Position numbers and translations under genes: made by a program. A stretch of DNA of 18,174 bases from Bryobacteraceae bacterium (GTDB lineage: Bacteria > Acidobacteriota > Terriglobia > Bryobacterales > Bryobacteraceae): the NCBI GenBank assembly GCA_017883415.1, contig JADGNR010000066.1, forward strand, positions 1 to 18,174, in the 5' to 3' direction. The notes beneath the pieces are model-generated. The model did not search any database. It had not been told where the DNA came from and worked only from the letters and a program-made list of their open reading frames with translations. Numbering within the stretch: the stretch's first letter is position 1; every line of letters starts with the position of its first letter. Positions 1-7,419 of this stretch are shown here, one piece after another.

Positions 1-323
1 CCACCACCACCACCGGGACGGCCGCCGCCACCGCCGCCGAAGCGGTTGCCGCCACCGCCGCCGCCGAAGCCGCGGTCCGGCTTGGGCCGGGCTTCATTTA
101 CGTTCAGGGCGCGGCCGTCCATGTTATAGCCGTTGAGCGCGGCAATCGCCTGATCCGCCTCCGATTCGTTTTCCATTTCGACGAAGGCGAACCCGCGCGA
201 GCGGCCGGTATCGCGATCGGTCATGATTCGGGCGCTGTTCACCTGGCCATGTCTTTCGAAAAGGCTGCGGACCGCTTCTTCGGTAACGTTGAAATCCAGG
301 TTGCCTACGAATATGTTCTTCAC
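1..323 (-). CDS. RRM-type RNA-binding protein with a glycine-rich C-terminal tail. The 3' end runs off the window; the start is GTG at 321-323.
   Basis: Minus-strand translation from the GTG at 321-323 gives VKNIFVGNLDFNVTEEAVRSLFERHGQVNSARIMTDRDTGRSRGFAFVEMENESEADQAIAALNGYNMDGRALNVNEARPKPDRGFGGGGGGNRFGGGGGGRPGGGG. It carries RNP-2 (IFVGNL) and RNP-1 (RGFAFVEM) motifs followed by a Gly-rich tail. There is an in-frame TGA directly upstream of the GTG, and an AGGAGA Shine-Dalgarno 6 nt upstream. The gene is absent from the ORF track because no stop lies in the window. Confidence 0.85.
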   Translation of the reverse strand, partial: MKNIFVGNLDFNVTEEAVRSLFERHGQVNSARIMTDRDTGRSRGFAFVEMENESEADQAIAALNGYNMDGRALNVNEARPKPDRGFGGGGGGNRFGGGGGGRPGGGG

Positions 324-419
324 TCAATTCTCCTGACAATTTGAAAGCGGGCTCATCGGGGGAGGACACACCTGCGAACACACTCGGCCGGACTCGCGGA
401 AGCTATCAAACGCGATTCG

Positions 420-447
420 AATATAGCATGCCCGGAAGCGTGCGGCA
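420..447 (-). promoter_or_regulatory. Candidate sigma70-type promoter for the RRM gene (TTGCCG-17 nt-TATATT on the minus strand). It gives a 5' UTR of about 90 nt.
   Basis: The minus-strand sequence reads cccggaaaagaaTTGCCGcacgcttccgggcatgcTATATTcgaatcg. The hexamers have 17 nt spacing. The TATATT maps to plus 420-425 and the TTGCCG to about 442-447. Long leaders are typical of cold-inducible rbp genes. Confidence 0.35.
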
Positions 448-500
448 ATTCTTTTCCGGGCGCCAAAGGTGGTGGAATGGACCAAACCGGCCGGCCGCGC

Positions 501-1559
501 CTAAGTCTCGGATTTTGGACCATTTAGGTGCACCGTCCGGGTGGGGAACGGGATGGCGATGCCTTCCTGCCGGAAACGGCGCAGGATCCTCTTCCTTAAT
601 TCGTTGCGCACACTGAACTGGTGGGCAAACTCGGCGACCTGGTAATTCAGGGTAAACGTGAGGGCCGACTCGCCGAAACCGGGGTCGAACGCGGCCGAGG
701 GCGCCGGCTCGGCCAGCATCCCTGGAATCTCGCCCGCGCCCTGTTTTCCGATTTCGGCCAGGATGCTCTCAATCCGGTCGGGATCGCAGTCGTAGCCGAC
801 TCCCACCTGCACCGACGCCGACATGCGTTTTTCCGGAAGATAAAAATTGGTCACGTTGGCCTGCGCCAGTTTGGCATTGGGAACGATGACGATATTGTTG
901 GCCAGCGCCCGCAGGGTGGTGCTGCGCCAGCCTATGTCGGCGACATATCCCTCTTCGCCGGTGTTCAGCCGGATGTAATCGCCCACGCGGACCTGACCGG
1001 CCACGGCCACATAAAACCCGCCGAACAGGTTGGACAGGGTATCCTGCAGCGCCAGGGCCACGGCCAGGCCGCCCACTCCCAACGCCGTCAGAATGGGCGC
1101 GATCGAAACGTGGAAGTGCGCCAGGGCCACCAGCGCCCACAGGATTGCCACCGCGATCTGCGCCAGGTTCTGGGTGAGGGTGGTGACCGCCAGCGCACCG
1201 GGGATCTGAGCGCCGTAGACGCGCACCAGGTTGCCCACCGCGCGCATACATACGATGGTGAGCGACACGATCCACAGCACGAACAGGGCATTGGCGCCCC
1301 AGCCGATGGCCGCCGCCGGCAGATGGGAAAACTGAATGGCCAGGTGCAGCGCCAGGATCAGGGTCCAGATCAGCAACGGGCCGCTGAGGGTTTCGCCGAG
1401 GAACCTCCCGCCGCTCCCGGTCCGCGAGGTCCACCCGCGCAGGGCCCGCAGGATCACGCCGCGGACCACCCATCCGGCGATCAGCGTGACCGCGAACACC
1501 AGGGCGGGCGCCGCCAACTGCATGGGATCGGTGAGGAAGATGTGGCGGATGGTGGCCAT
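501..1559 (-). CDS. mscS: Small-conductance mechanosensitive channel (MscS family)
   Basis: ORF 501..1592, with the start assigned to the internal ATG at 1557-1559 (MATIRHIFL...), which has GGAG 8 nt upstream. The N-terminal half is multi-TM. The region [35 protein letters not shown] resembles the E. coli MscS pore-helix/beta-domain region. A conserved C-terminal cytoplasmic domain follows. GC3 is high. Confidence 0.85.
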   Translation of the reverse strand: MATIRHIFLTDPMQLAAPALVFAVTLIAGWVVRGVILRALRGWTSRTGSGGRFLGETLSGPLLIWTLILALHLAIQFSHLPAAAIGWGANALFVLWIVSLTIVCMRAVGNLVRVYGAQIPGALAVTTLTQNLAQIAVAILWALVALAHFHVSIAPILTALGVGGLAVALALQDTLSNLFGGFYVAVAGQVRVGDYIRLNTGEEGYVADIGWRSTTLRALANNIVIVPNAKLAQANVTNFYLPEKRMSASVQVGVGYDCDPDRIESILAEIGKQGAGEIPGMLAEPAPSAAFDPGFGESALTFTLNYQVAEFAHQFSVRNELRKRILRRFRQEGIAIPFPTRTVHLNGPKSET

Positions 1560-1632
1560 TCGGCTTTCTCCTACATCAGAGTCGCACAACAAATCGCCTG
1601 CACGCTGCCCGCGGCCGATTCGTCAACCCATT

Positions 1633-3240
1633 GTGCGGACACGTGCGTACCTTCTCTGCGTGGTGATGGCCGGCGGGCTGTGGGCCGACGGGCCCTCGGC
1701 CTGGGAGTTGTACCAGAAGGGGCGCGATGCGGAGAAAGCCGGGCACATGGCCGAGGCCTACCTGATGTACTCGGAGGCGGCCGCCATGGAGCCGGGGAAT
1801 CAGAACTATTGGGTACGCAGCCAGGCGGTGCGGTCGCGGGCCGCGTTCGAAGCCCGGTCCAAACCCCAGCCGGCCGCGGCCATCCCACCGGCGGGCCTCG
1901 CCGATATACCAACCCCGCATCTGGATCCGGCCACGTTCCAGGACCTGACCGACGCCCGCAAGATTCTGCCCCCCACGGAGCTGGCGGCCCAGCCCGGCAT
2001 GAAGGATTTCGACCTGCGGGGCGACTTCAAGAAGCTGTTCTCCGACGTCGCCAAAGCCTGGGGATTGGAGTGTGTTTTCGACGGCGATTTTCAGCCCGGC
2101 AAGGAATTCCGTCTTCAGTTGAAGGACGTGGATTACCGCGATGCGCTCCACGGCCTGGAGGCGGCCACCGGCTCTTTTATCGTGCCGCTCTCCAGCAAGC
2201 TCTTCCTGGTGGTCAAGGACACACCGCAGAAGCGCGCCGAAATCGAGCCCATCGTAGCCGTTGCCATCCCTCTTCCGGAAACCATCTCGCAACCGGATTT
2301 CAACGCCGTGATTACCGCCGTGCAACAGGCCCTGGCCCTGGAAAAGGTCTCCTGGGACACGTCCACCAACACGGTGATCCTGCGCGACCGCATCTCCAAG
2401 GTGCTTCCCGCCCGCGCCCTGTTCGAGGACCTGATGTATCCGCACGCGCAGGTGGGGGTGGAGGTGAAATTCCTCCAGATCAGCCGCAACGACCTGATCA
2501 CCTACGGAATCGATTTCCCGACGATATTTTCGCTCAACTTCCTGGCCACCTCCATTGGCCTGCAGAATCAGCTTTCGCTCCCGCAGAATATCGCCGGGCT
2601 GCTGACCTTCGGCGGAGGCAAGACCTTGATGGGGATCGGCATCCTGAACCCGGCGCTGGTGGCCCGCATGAGCCAGTCGGATGGCAAACTGCTGCTCCAT
2701 GCGTTCCTGCGTTCCGTGGACGGCCAGCCGGCCACGCTCCACGTGGGAGACCGCTTTCCGATTCTGACCTCCGGTTATTTCGGACCGGCGAGTTTCTCGG
2801 GGCCCGGCGTGGTGACTCCCCCGCCCTCGTTCAATTTCGAAGATCTGGGCTTTTCCCTGAAGCTGACGCCCAAGGTGCACGACCGCGAGAGCGTCTCGCT
2901 CGATATCGACGCCGAGTTCAAGGTGCTGACCGGTGAGTCGCTCAACGGCATTCCCGTGATTGCCAACCGCACGCTCAAGGAGCAGACGCGGATCCAGTTC
3001 GGCGAGTGGAGCGCCATCGCCGGCCTGATGGATGCCAGCGACTCCCGCATCATCTCCGGGCTGGCGGGTATTTCGCGCATCCCATATCTCGGCGCGCTGA
3101 CCAGCACGCACGAGCACGACAAGACCACCGACCAGGTTCTGCTCCTCATCCGCCCCCAACTGCTCACCCTGCCGCCGGGCGAGGCGCCGACCCACGCCAT
3201 CCGCACCGGCCCCGATACCCGGCCGCTCACGCCGCTGTAG
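1633..3240 (+). CDS. Secretin-family outer-membrane channel (type II/III secretion system protein / PilQ-GspD-like) with an N-terminal TPR-like region and a Sec signal peptide
   Basis: The C-terminal 250 aa show a classic secretin domain (...[52 protein letters not shown]...[72 protein letters not shown]). The start is assigned to the GTG at 1633. That gives [22 protein letters not shown], with a positive n-region, a hydrophobic core and an AxA-like cleavage site. It is also the first in-frame start after the divergent mscS start. The upstream ATG at 1336 would overlap mscS. The mature N-terminus ([33 protein letters not shown]) is TPR-like. Confidence 0.8.
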   Translation: MRTRAYLLCVVMAGGLWADGPSAWELYQKGRDAEKAGHMAEAYLMYSEAAAMEPGNQNYWVRSQAVRSRAAFEARSKPQPAAAIPPAGLADIPTPHLDPATFQDLTDARKILPPTELAAQPGMKDFDLRGDFKKLFSDVAKAWGLECVFDGDFQPGKEFRLQLKDVDYRDALHGLEAATGSFIVPLSSKLFLVVKDTPQKRAEIEPIVAVAIPLPETISQPDFNAVITAVQQALALEKVSWDTSTNTVILRDRISKVLPARALFEDLMYPHAQVGVEVKFLQISRNDLITYGIDFPTIFSLNFLATSIGLQNQLSLPQNIAGLLTFGGGKTLMGIGILNPALVARMSQSDGKLLLHAFLRSVDGQPATLHVGDRFPILTSGYFGPASFSGPGVVTPPPSFNFEDLGFSLKLTPKVHDRESVSLDIDAEFKVLTGESLNGIPVIANRTLKEQTRIQFGEWSAIAGLMDASDSRIISGLAGISRIPYLGALTSTHEHDKTTDQVLLLIRPQLLTLPPGEAPTHAIRTGPDTRPLTPL

Positions 3241-3248
3241 AGGGGACC

Positions 3249-3896
3249 CTACCGCTTCAACTCGTGGTCCGCCAGCAGTTGGCGCATCGTGGCCTCCAGT
3301 TCCGCCACGCGCCGGGCGAGGTCGTCGATGGCCTGGCCTTCGGGATCGGGCAGCCTGCCGTGCTCGAGCGGTCCGCCTTCGGGACGAATGCGCACCACCC
3401 GGCCGGGGACGCCCACCACGGTGGAGTTGTCGGGAACGGCATGGACCACCACCGAGCCGGCGCCGATCTTGACGTTGTCGCCGATGCGGATGTTGCCGAG
3501 CACTTTGGCGCCCGTGCCCACCACCACGCGATGGCCCAGCGTGGGGTGGCGCTTGCCCTTTTCATTGCCCGTCCCCCCCAGGGTGACGCCCTGGTAGAGC
3601 AGCACGTCGTCCCCGATTTCGGCGGTCTCGCCGATCACCACTCCCATGCCGTGATCGATGAAGAAACGGCGGCCGATGGTGGCGCCGGGGTGGATCTCGA
3701 TGCCCGTGAAGAAGCGGCTGATCTGCGAAAGCAGGCGAGGCGCGAGGGGCACGCCCCAGCGGTACAGCTTGTGCGCCAGACGGTGCGCCAGCACGGCATG
3801 GAAGCCGGGATAACAGAAGAGAATCTCGATGACGCTCTTGGCCGCGGGGTCCTCGCGGAAGATGGTGTCGATCTGTTCCCGGACGGCTCGAAACAT
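3249..3896 (-). CDS. cysE: Serine O-acetyltransferase
   Basis: [50 protein letters not shown]...[46 protein letters not shown]...[36 protein letters not shown]. This is the canonical SAT N-terminal domain plus left-handed beta-helix hexapeptide repeats. The start is at the internal ATG (3894-3896). The longer ORF to 4235 is a low-complexity, Arg-rich extension that overlaps nuoI. Confidence 0.9.
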   Translation of the reverse strand: MFRAVREQIDTIFREDPAAKSVIEILFCYPGFHAVLAHRLAHKLYRWGVPLAPRLLSQISRFFTGIEIHPGATIGRRFFIDHGMGVVIGETAEIGDDVLLYQGVTLGGTGNEKGKRHPTLGHRVVVGTGAKVLGNIRIGDNVKIGAGSVVVHAVPDNSTVVGVPGRVVRIRPEGGPLEHGRLPDPEGQAIDDLARRVAELEATMRQLLADHELKR

Positions 3897-3916
3897 AAGG
3901 CGTTCTCGGGACGCCG

Positions 3917-4417
3917 CTAGTGCGCGGAACGCTCGCCGCCCGCCACGACCGGGGCTGTGGCGCCCGCGGGCACGGGCGCGAGCATATCTTCCTTGCGTTT
4001 CACCAGCGTGGCGGTGCTGTAGCTGGCCGCCTCGAAGCCATGCCCGTGGGTGATGGCGTCGGTGGGACAGGCCTCCACGCAATAGCCGCAGAAAATGCAG
4101 CGATTGTAGTCGATGTTGTAGACCTTGGCGTAGCGCTCGCCGCCGGAGATGCGCACTTGCGCGGTGTTCTCGGCGGCCTCGATGTAGATGCAGTTGGAGG
4201 GACACGCGGCGGCGCACAGGAAGCACGCCACGCATTTCTCCATGCCGTTTTCGTCGCGCTGCAGCACATGAACGCCGCGATAGCGTTCTTCGAATTTGGG
4301 CGGCTCATCGGGGTAGTATTCCGTCACCGTGGGATGCAGCATCTCCTGGAACGTGACGCTCATCCCTTTGGCGATAGCCGCCGCTGCACCCAGAACCTCT
4401 TCGAGTTTATTGGCCAT
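3917..4417 (-). CDS. nuoI: NADH-quinone oxidoreductase subunit I (NuoI/Nqo9-type 2x[4Fe-4S] ferredoxin), stand-alone copy
   Basis: The protein has two CxxCxxCxxxCP motifs ([12 protein letters not shown] and [12 protein letters not shown]). The stretch [34 protein letters not shown] is near-identical in pattern to Thermus Nqo9 and E. coli NuoI. GGTGAT lies 6 nt upstream of the ATG. No other nuo genes flank it. Confidence 0.85.
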   Translation of the reverse strand: MANKLEEVLGAAAAIAKGMSVTFQEMLHPTVTEYYPDEPPKFEERYRGVHVLQRDENGMEKCVACFLCAAACPSNCIYIEAAENTAQVRISGGERYAKVYNIDYNRCIFCGYCVEACPTDAITHGHGFEAASYSTATLVKRKEDMLAPVPAGATAPVVAGGERSAH

Positions 4418-4477
4418 CGGCTATCACCATTCTATCGTGGGTTCGGACTCCCGCCGGGAGTCTCAGTTGCGCGAGCC

Positions 4478-4966
4478 TCAACCGGCCTTCCATTCGGGAA
4501 CATTGTCGTCCGGGCGAAAGAGGCGAACGCCGGCCTTGCCCGCGAGCCATTCCATATCGCGCTTACTCCAGCCTTCGACGGCGCGCGAGACGGCGCCATC
4601 GCGCTCCACCAGGAACACGGTGGGGACGCTCGATATGCCAAACGCGTTGCTGGCTGGGAAGCCGCTCTCTTCGGCGTCCAACAGCGTGGGAAACGTCACG
4701 CCGAACCGCCGGTTGAACTCGCGGGTATCCGCGGCATCGTTTTGCGAAATGCCGTAGACCGCCAGCGTGCCGGGCCCATGGAGCCGATCGAGAAACGGAA
4801 ACGTAAGCTGGCACACCGGACAGGTGACCTTGAAGAACGCCAGCGCCACCGGCCCCCGGGCCACGATTTCCCGCAGGGTGGTTTCCGTCCCGTCGAGGAG
4901 CGGCAGCCGGAAATCGGGCGCACGCGCGCCCGTGGCGAGCAGGGTGTGCTGTTTATGCGCGGCCAT
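4478..4966 (-). CDS. Thioredoxin-fold thiol-disulfide oxidoreductase (redoxin/AhpC-TSA/TlpA-like, CPVC active site), cytoplasmic
   Basis: MAAHKQHTLLATGARAPDFRLPLLDGTETTLREI...ALAFFKVTCPVCQLTFPFL... It has the APDF substrate-proximal motif and a CxxC in thioredoxin-fold context. There is no signal peptide. Confidence 0.8.
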   Translation of the reverse strand: MAAHKQHTLLATGARAPDFRLPLLDGTETTLREIVARGPVALAFFKVTCPVCQLTFPFLDRLHGPGTLAVYGISQNDAADTREFNRRFGVTFPTLLDAEESGFPASNAFGISSVPTVFLVERDGAVSRAVEGWSKRDMEWLAGKAGVRLFRPDDNVPEWKAG

Positions 4967-5136
4967 AGGACTGAGTGTACCGTATGCAATATACTCGGAG
5001 CGTGCGCCAAGCGATCAAGCCCAAGGCCGCCCCCCGCAAACGTAACAGTGTTTTGCTGTTTCAGCCAAAGCCGGGCGCGAGAAAGCCCAGCATGGCCCTG
5101 GTGAATCGACTGCGCGATGAGGGATGAACCCCTGGC

Positions 5137-6438
5137 TCACAGATCCTTTAGCAACTGCTGCGCTGCAATGAGCAGGGGGTCCCAGGCCGGCGAAAAGGGC
5201 GGCGAGTAGGCCAGGTCGAGCTGCTCGAAATCCTCCACGCGGAGGCGGGCGTGGAGCGCGGCGGCAATCACGTCGATGCGGCCGGCCGCGCCCTGTTCGC
5301 CGATTACCGATCCGCCCAGCAGGCGGTGGGTGGCGCCGTCGGCCACCAGCTCGACGGTGGTGTCGCGGCCTCCGAAGTAGACCGGCCGCGCCTTGGCCCG
5401 GATGCGCGCCGCGACCGGGCGAAACCCCTCGGCGCGCGCCTGCGCCACCGACAGGCCGGTAGTCGCGAACCCCATTCCGAAAATGCCCACAATGGAAGTC
5501 CCGACGATGCCGGGAAAACGCTCGCGTCCGCCGGCGGCGTTGGCCCCCGCCACCCGCCCCATTTTGTTGGCCGTGGTGCCGAGCGGAATGTACGCAGGCC
5601 GGCCGGTGACCAAATGGGTGGCTTCGGCGCAATCGCCGGCGGCGTAGATGCCGCGCAGGCTGGTCTCCATGCGGTCGTCGGTGCGGATGGCGCCCGTGGG
5701 GCCGAGCGCGATGCCGGCTTCGGAAGCCAGCTCCACGTTGGGCTTGAACCCGGCGGAGATCACGACCACTTCGCAGGCGACATCGGCCACGCGGTCGCCC
5801 TCAATGGCCTTCACCTCGACCCCGCAGCGCACTTCCACGCCATGATCTTCGAGCTGTGTCCGCACCGCTGCGGTGAGCCCCGCATCTTCGCGCGCCAGCA
5901 AGTTGGCGGAGTGTTCCAACAAAGTAACGCGCAGGCCGTTGCGGCGTAGCGCGTCGGCGGCCTCCACGCCGATATACCCGCCGCCGACGACCACCGCGCG
6001 CCGCGGCCGTTTTTCGCCCAGGAAGCGGCGCAGGCGCACGGCGTCGTCCACCGTATGCAGCGTGAAGACGTGGGGCTGTCCGGCGCCGGCGATGCCCGAA
6101 GTGTCGCAGCGCGCGCCCATAGCCAGCACCAGGCGATCGTAATGGACGCGCGCGCCGGAGGCGAGCGCCACCTCGCGGCGCGGGTGAGAGAGGGACACGA
6201 CGCACTCCCCCGTACGGACGTCGATGCGCCGCTCCTTACGGAAATACTCGGGGCTGTAGACCGTCAACTGGCCGGCGTCGCGGATGCGCCCTTCCACGAA
6301 ATAGGGCAGGCCGCAGGCGCCATAAGAAATGACCGGCCCTTTTTCCAGGACCACGATTTCCAGCCCCGCGTCGAGACGCCGGGCGCGCGCCGCCGCGCTG
6401 AGACCGGCCGCCACGCCTCCGATGACCACCAGCGCCAT
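5137..6438 (-). CDS. FAD-dependent pyridine nucleotide-disulfide oxidoreductase of the NADH oxidase / NADH peroxidase / CoA-disulfide reductase family (single redox-active Cys)
   Basis: The N-terminal GxGxxG FAD fold is VVIGGVAAGLSAAARARR. The single active-site cysteine sits in SYGACGLPY, matching the SFxxCxLPY motif of the Nox/Npx/CoADR family. There is a second NAD(P)-binding GGGYIGVE and a C-terminal dimerisation domain. GGAGGAG lies 10 nt upstream of the ATG, overlapping the stop of the STAS gene. Confidence 0.85.
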   Translation of the reverse strand: MALVVIGGVAAGLSAAARARRLDAGLEIVVLEKGPVISYGACGLPYFVEGRIRDAGQLTVYSPEYFRKERRIDVRTGECVVSLSHPRREVALASGARVHYDRLVLAMGARCDTSGIAGAGQPHVFTLHTVDDAVRLRRFLGEKRPRRAVVVGGGYIGVEAADALRRNGLRVTLLEHSANLLAREDAGLTAAVRTQLEDHGVEVRCGVEVKAIEGDRVADVACEVVVISAGFKPNVELASEAGIALGPTGAIRTDDRMETSLRGIYAAGDCAEATHLVTGRPAYIPLGTTANKMGRVAGANAAGGRERFPGIVGTSIVGIFGMGFATTGLSVAQARAEGFRPVAARIRAKARPVYFGGRDTTVELVADGATHRLLGGSVIGEQGAAGRIDVIAAALHARLRVEDFEQLDLAYSPPFSPAWDPLLIAAQQLLKDL

Positions 6439-6444
6439 CGGCGG

Positions 6445-6852
6445 CTACTCCTCCTGCTTCAACTGCTGCACAAAACTCAGAATGTCGAAGGTCTTGATCT
6501 TGCGGTCGGGGTAGTAGCTGTTGACCGCGTCCTGCTCGTCGGCGAAGATCTCGAACACCGTGGCCAGCTTGGTCATGACCAGCAGCTCGATGTGGCGGCG
6601 GTTCAAGTTGAGCAGTTTCACGCTGCCCCCGCTCTTGCGCAGGCTGGTGGCGCACATGACCAGCGTGCCCAGACCGGTGCTGTCGATGTAATCCACGCCA
6701 GCCAGATTGAGCACCACGCTGTGCACACCCGAGGTATTCAGGCCGGCGACGGTCTCGCGCACCGCGGCGGCGTCCCGCCCGGCGGTGATGCGCCCCTTCA
6801 GATCGAGAATGCTGATGCCTTCCCGTTGTCTCTGCTGGATGTCGAGCGCCAT
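6445..6852 (-). CDS. STAS-domain protein (anti-sigma-factor antagonist, SpoIIAA-like)
   Basis: MALDIQQRQREGISILDLKGRITAGRDAAAVRETVAGLNTSGVHSVVLNLAGVDYIDSTGLGTLVM... The VDYIDSTGLG motif with the phosphorylatable Ser/Thr position is typical of SpoIIAA/RsbV-type STAS. The start is assigned to the internal ATG at 6850-6852. The longer ORF to 7122 overlaps the ferredoxin gene. Confidence 0.8.
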   Translation of the reverse strand: MALDIQQRQREGISILDLKGRITAGRDAAAVRETVAGLNTSGVHSVVLNLAGVDYIDSTGLGTLVMCATSLRKSGGSVKLLNLNRRHIELLVMTKLATVFEIFADEQDAVNSYYPDRKIKTFDILSFVQQLKQEE

Positions 6853-6866
6853 AGCGGAAACCGGAA

Positions 6867-7214
6867 TCAGACCGGCATCTTCATGCCGATCTGCGCCTCC
6901 ACTTCCTCGATGGGCACCATTTCGATGGCGTCCCACGGGCAGCCGTCCAGGAACGCGCCGTCGGGCCCCTTGCTGGTGCACTTCTTGCAGCCGATGCACA
7001 GCACCGGATCGACCTCGATGCGTCCAAAGGGCGGGTGGTCGAGGTCCGGGACCCAGTACATGCAATCGGCCACCGGACAGTACGGCACGCACGCCGGCGA
7101 GCCGGCGCAGCCGGTGCAACATTCGGTGATGATGGCGAGTTCCTTGGGCCGCTTCTTGCGAGGGGTGACGATCCCCTCGGACTTCGGCTCCATCTTGACG
7201 ATGGCCGTTGGCAT
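6867..7214 (-). CDS. 4Fe-4S dicluster ferredoxin-like protein
   Basis: MPTAIVKMEPKSEGIVTPRKKRPKELAIITECCTGCAGSPACVPYCPVADCMYWVPDLDHPPFGRIEVDPVLCIGCKKCTSKGPDGAFLDGCPWDAIEMV. It has a CxxCxxxxCxxxCP motif plus CxxCxxC...CP with a long insert. The start is at the ATG at 7212-7214. It is followed after 14 nt by the STAS gene. Confidence 0.7.
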   Translation of the reverse strand: MPTAIVKMEPKSEGIVTPRKKRPKELAIITECCTGCAGSPACVPYCPVADCMYWVPDLDHPPFGRIEVDPVLCIGCKKCTSKGPDGAFLDGCPWDAIEMVPIEEVEAQIGMKMPV

Positions 7215-7286
7215 GAGAGGATTATGACACGCCGGCGCCGCGCCTGTCACGCTCACGCAGTCCGCAATCCGTCGGTAAGATATCAC

Positions 7287-7362
7287 CGCCGAGGCGCCGA
7301 GACGCCGAGAACTTAGGGTTTCTCGGCCACCTCGGCGTCTCGGCGTCTCGGCGCCTCGGCGG
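7287..7362. repeat. Long GC-rich inverted repeat / hairpin built from CGCCGAGA units. The 24-nt left arm is perfectly complementary to the distal 24 nt of the right arm.
   Basis: The left arm is cgccgaggcgccgagacgccgaga (7287-7310). The spacer is acttagggtt. The right arm is tctcggccacctcggcgtctcggcgtctcggcgcctcggcgg (7321-7362). Its reverse complement begins ccgccgaggcgccgagacgccgaga. Internal TCTCGGCG repeats allow alternative pairing registers. It sits between the divergent ferredoxin and SPFH starts. Confidence 0.6.
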
Positions 7363-7372
7363 TGAAGCGCCT

Positions 7373-7399
7373 TTGTGTCTCTCCGCCCGCTGGTATAAT
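7373..7399 (+). promoter_or_regulatory. Candidate sigma70 promoter for the SPFH operon (TTGTGT-15 nt-TGgTATAAT). It implies a very short, Shine-Dalgarno-less leader.
   Basis: A perfect TATAAT sits at 7394-7399 with an upstream TG (extended -10). The -35-like TTGTGT is at 7373-7378. The ATG at 7420 lies only 20 nt downstream of the -10, and there is no Shine-Dalgarno sequence. Confidence 0.4.
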
Positions 7400-7419
7400 T
7401 CGGACAGGCACATCATTGT

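Noticed and set aside
621-2936. 771-aa plus-strand ORF spanning the mscS and secretin loci
   Set aside because: It is antisense to mscS and out of frame with the secretin. Its low-complexity translation is rich in Arg, Gly, Pro, His and Gln, with no motifs. It is a typical stop-codon-poor shadow ORF in roughly 70% GC DNA.
1576-3195. 539-aa minus-strand ORF antisense to the secretin gene
   Set aside because: It is a shadow ORF of a clearly conserved secretin. It has poor codon-position GC pattern and no domain signatures.
3006-3920. 304-aa plus-strand ORF overlapping cysE
   Set aside because: It is antisense to a strongly supported CysE (hexapeptide-repeat acetyltransferase). Its His/Arg/Ala-rich translation has no identifiable domain.
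3897-4235. Arg-rich upstream extension of the cysE ORF ([10 protein letters not shown]...)
   Set aside because: It overlaps the 3' half of nuoI in a different frame. CysE homology starts at the internal Met (MFRAVREQ...).
4970-5000. Short inverted repeat GTAT-gcaat-ATAC and a TATATT box upstream of the redoxin gene, considered as an OxyR/PerR-type operator
   Set aside because: It is only 4 bp per arm and has no resemblance I can verify to known peroxide-regulator boxes. It could be chance. The promoter assignment (TTGATC-19-TATATT) is too weak to list as a feature.
6853-7122. Upstream extension of the STAS ORF (MLHRLRRLAG...)
   Set aside because: It overlaps the ferredoxin coding region out of frame. 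STAS-domain homology begins at the internal Met, MALDIQQ.
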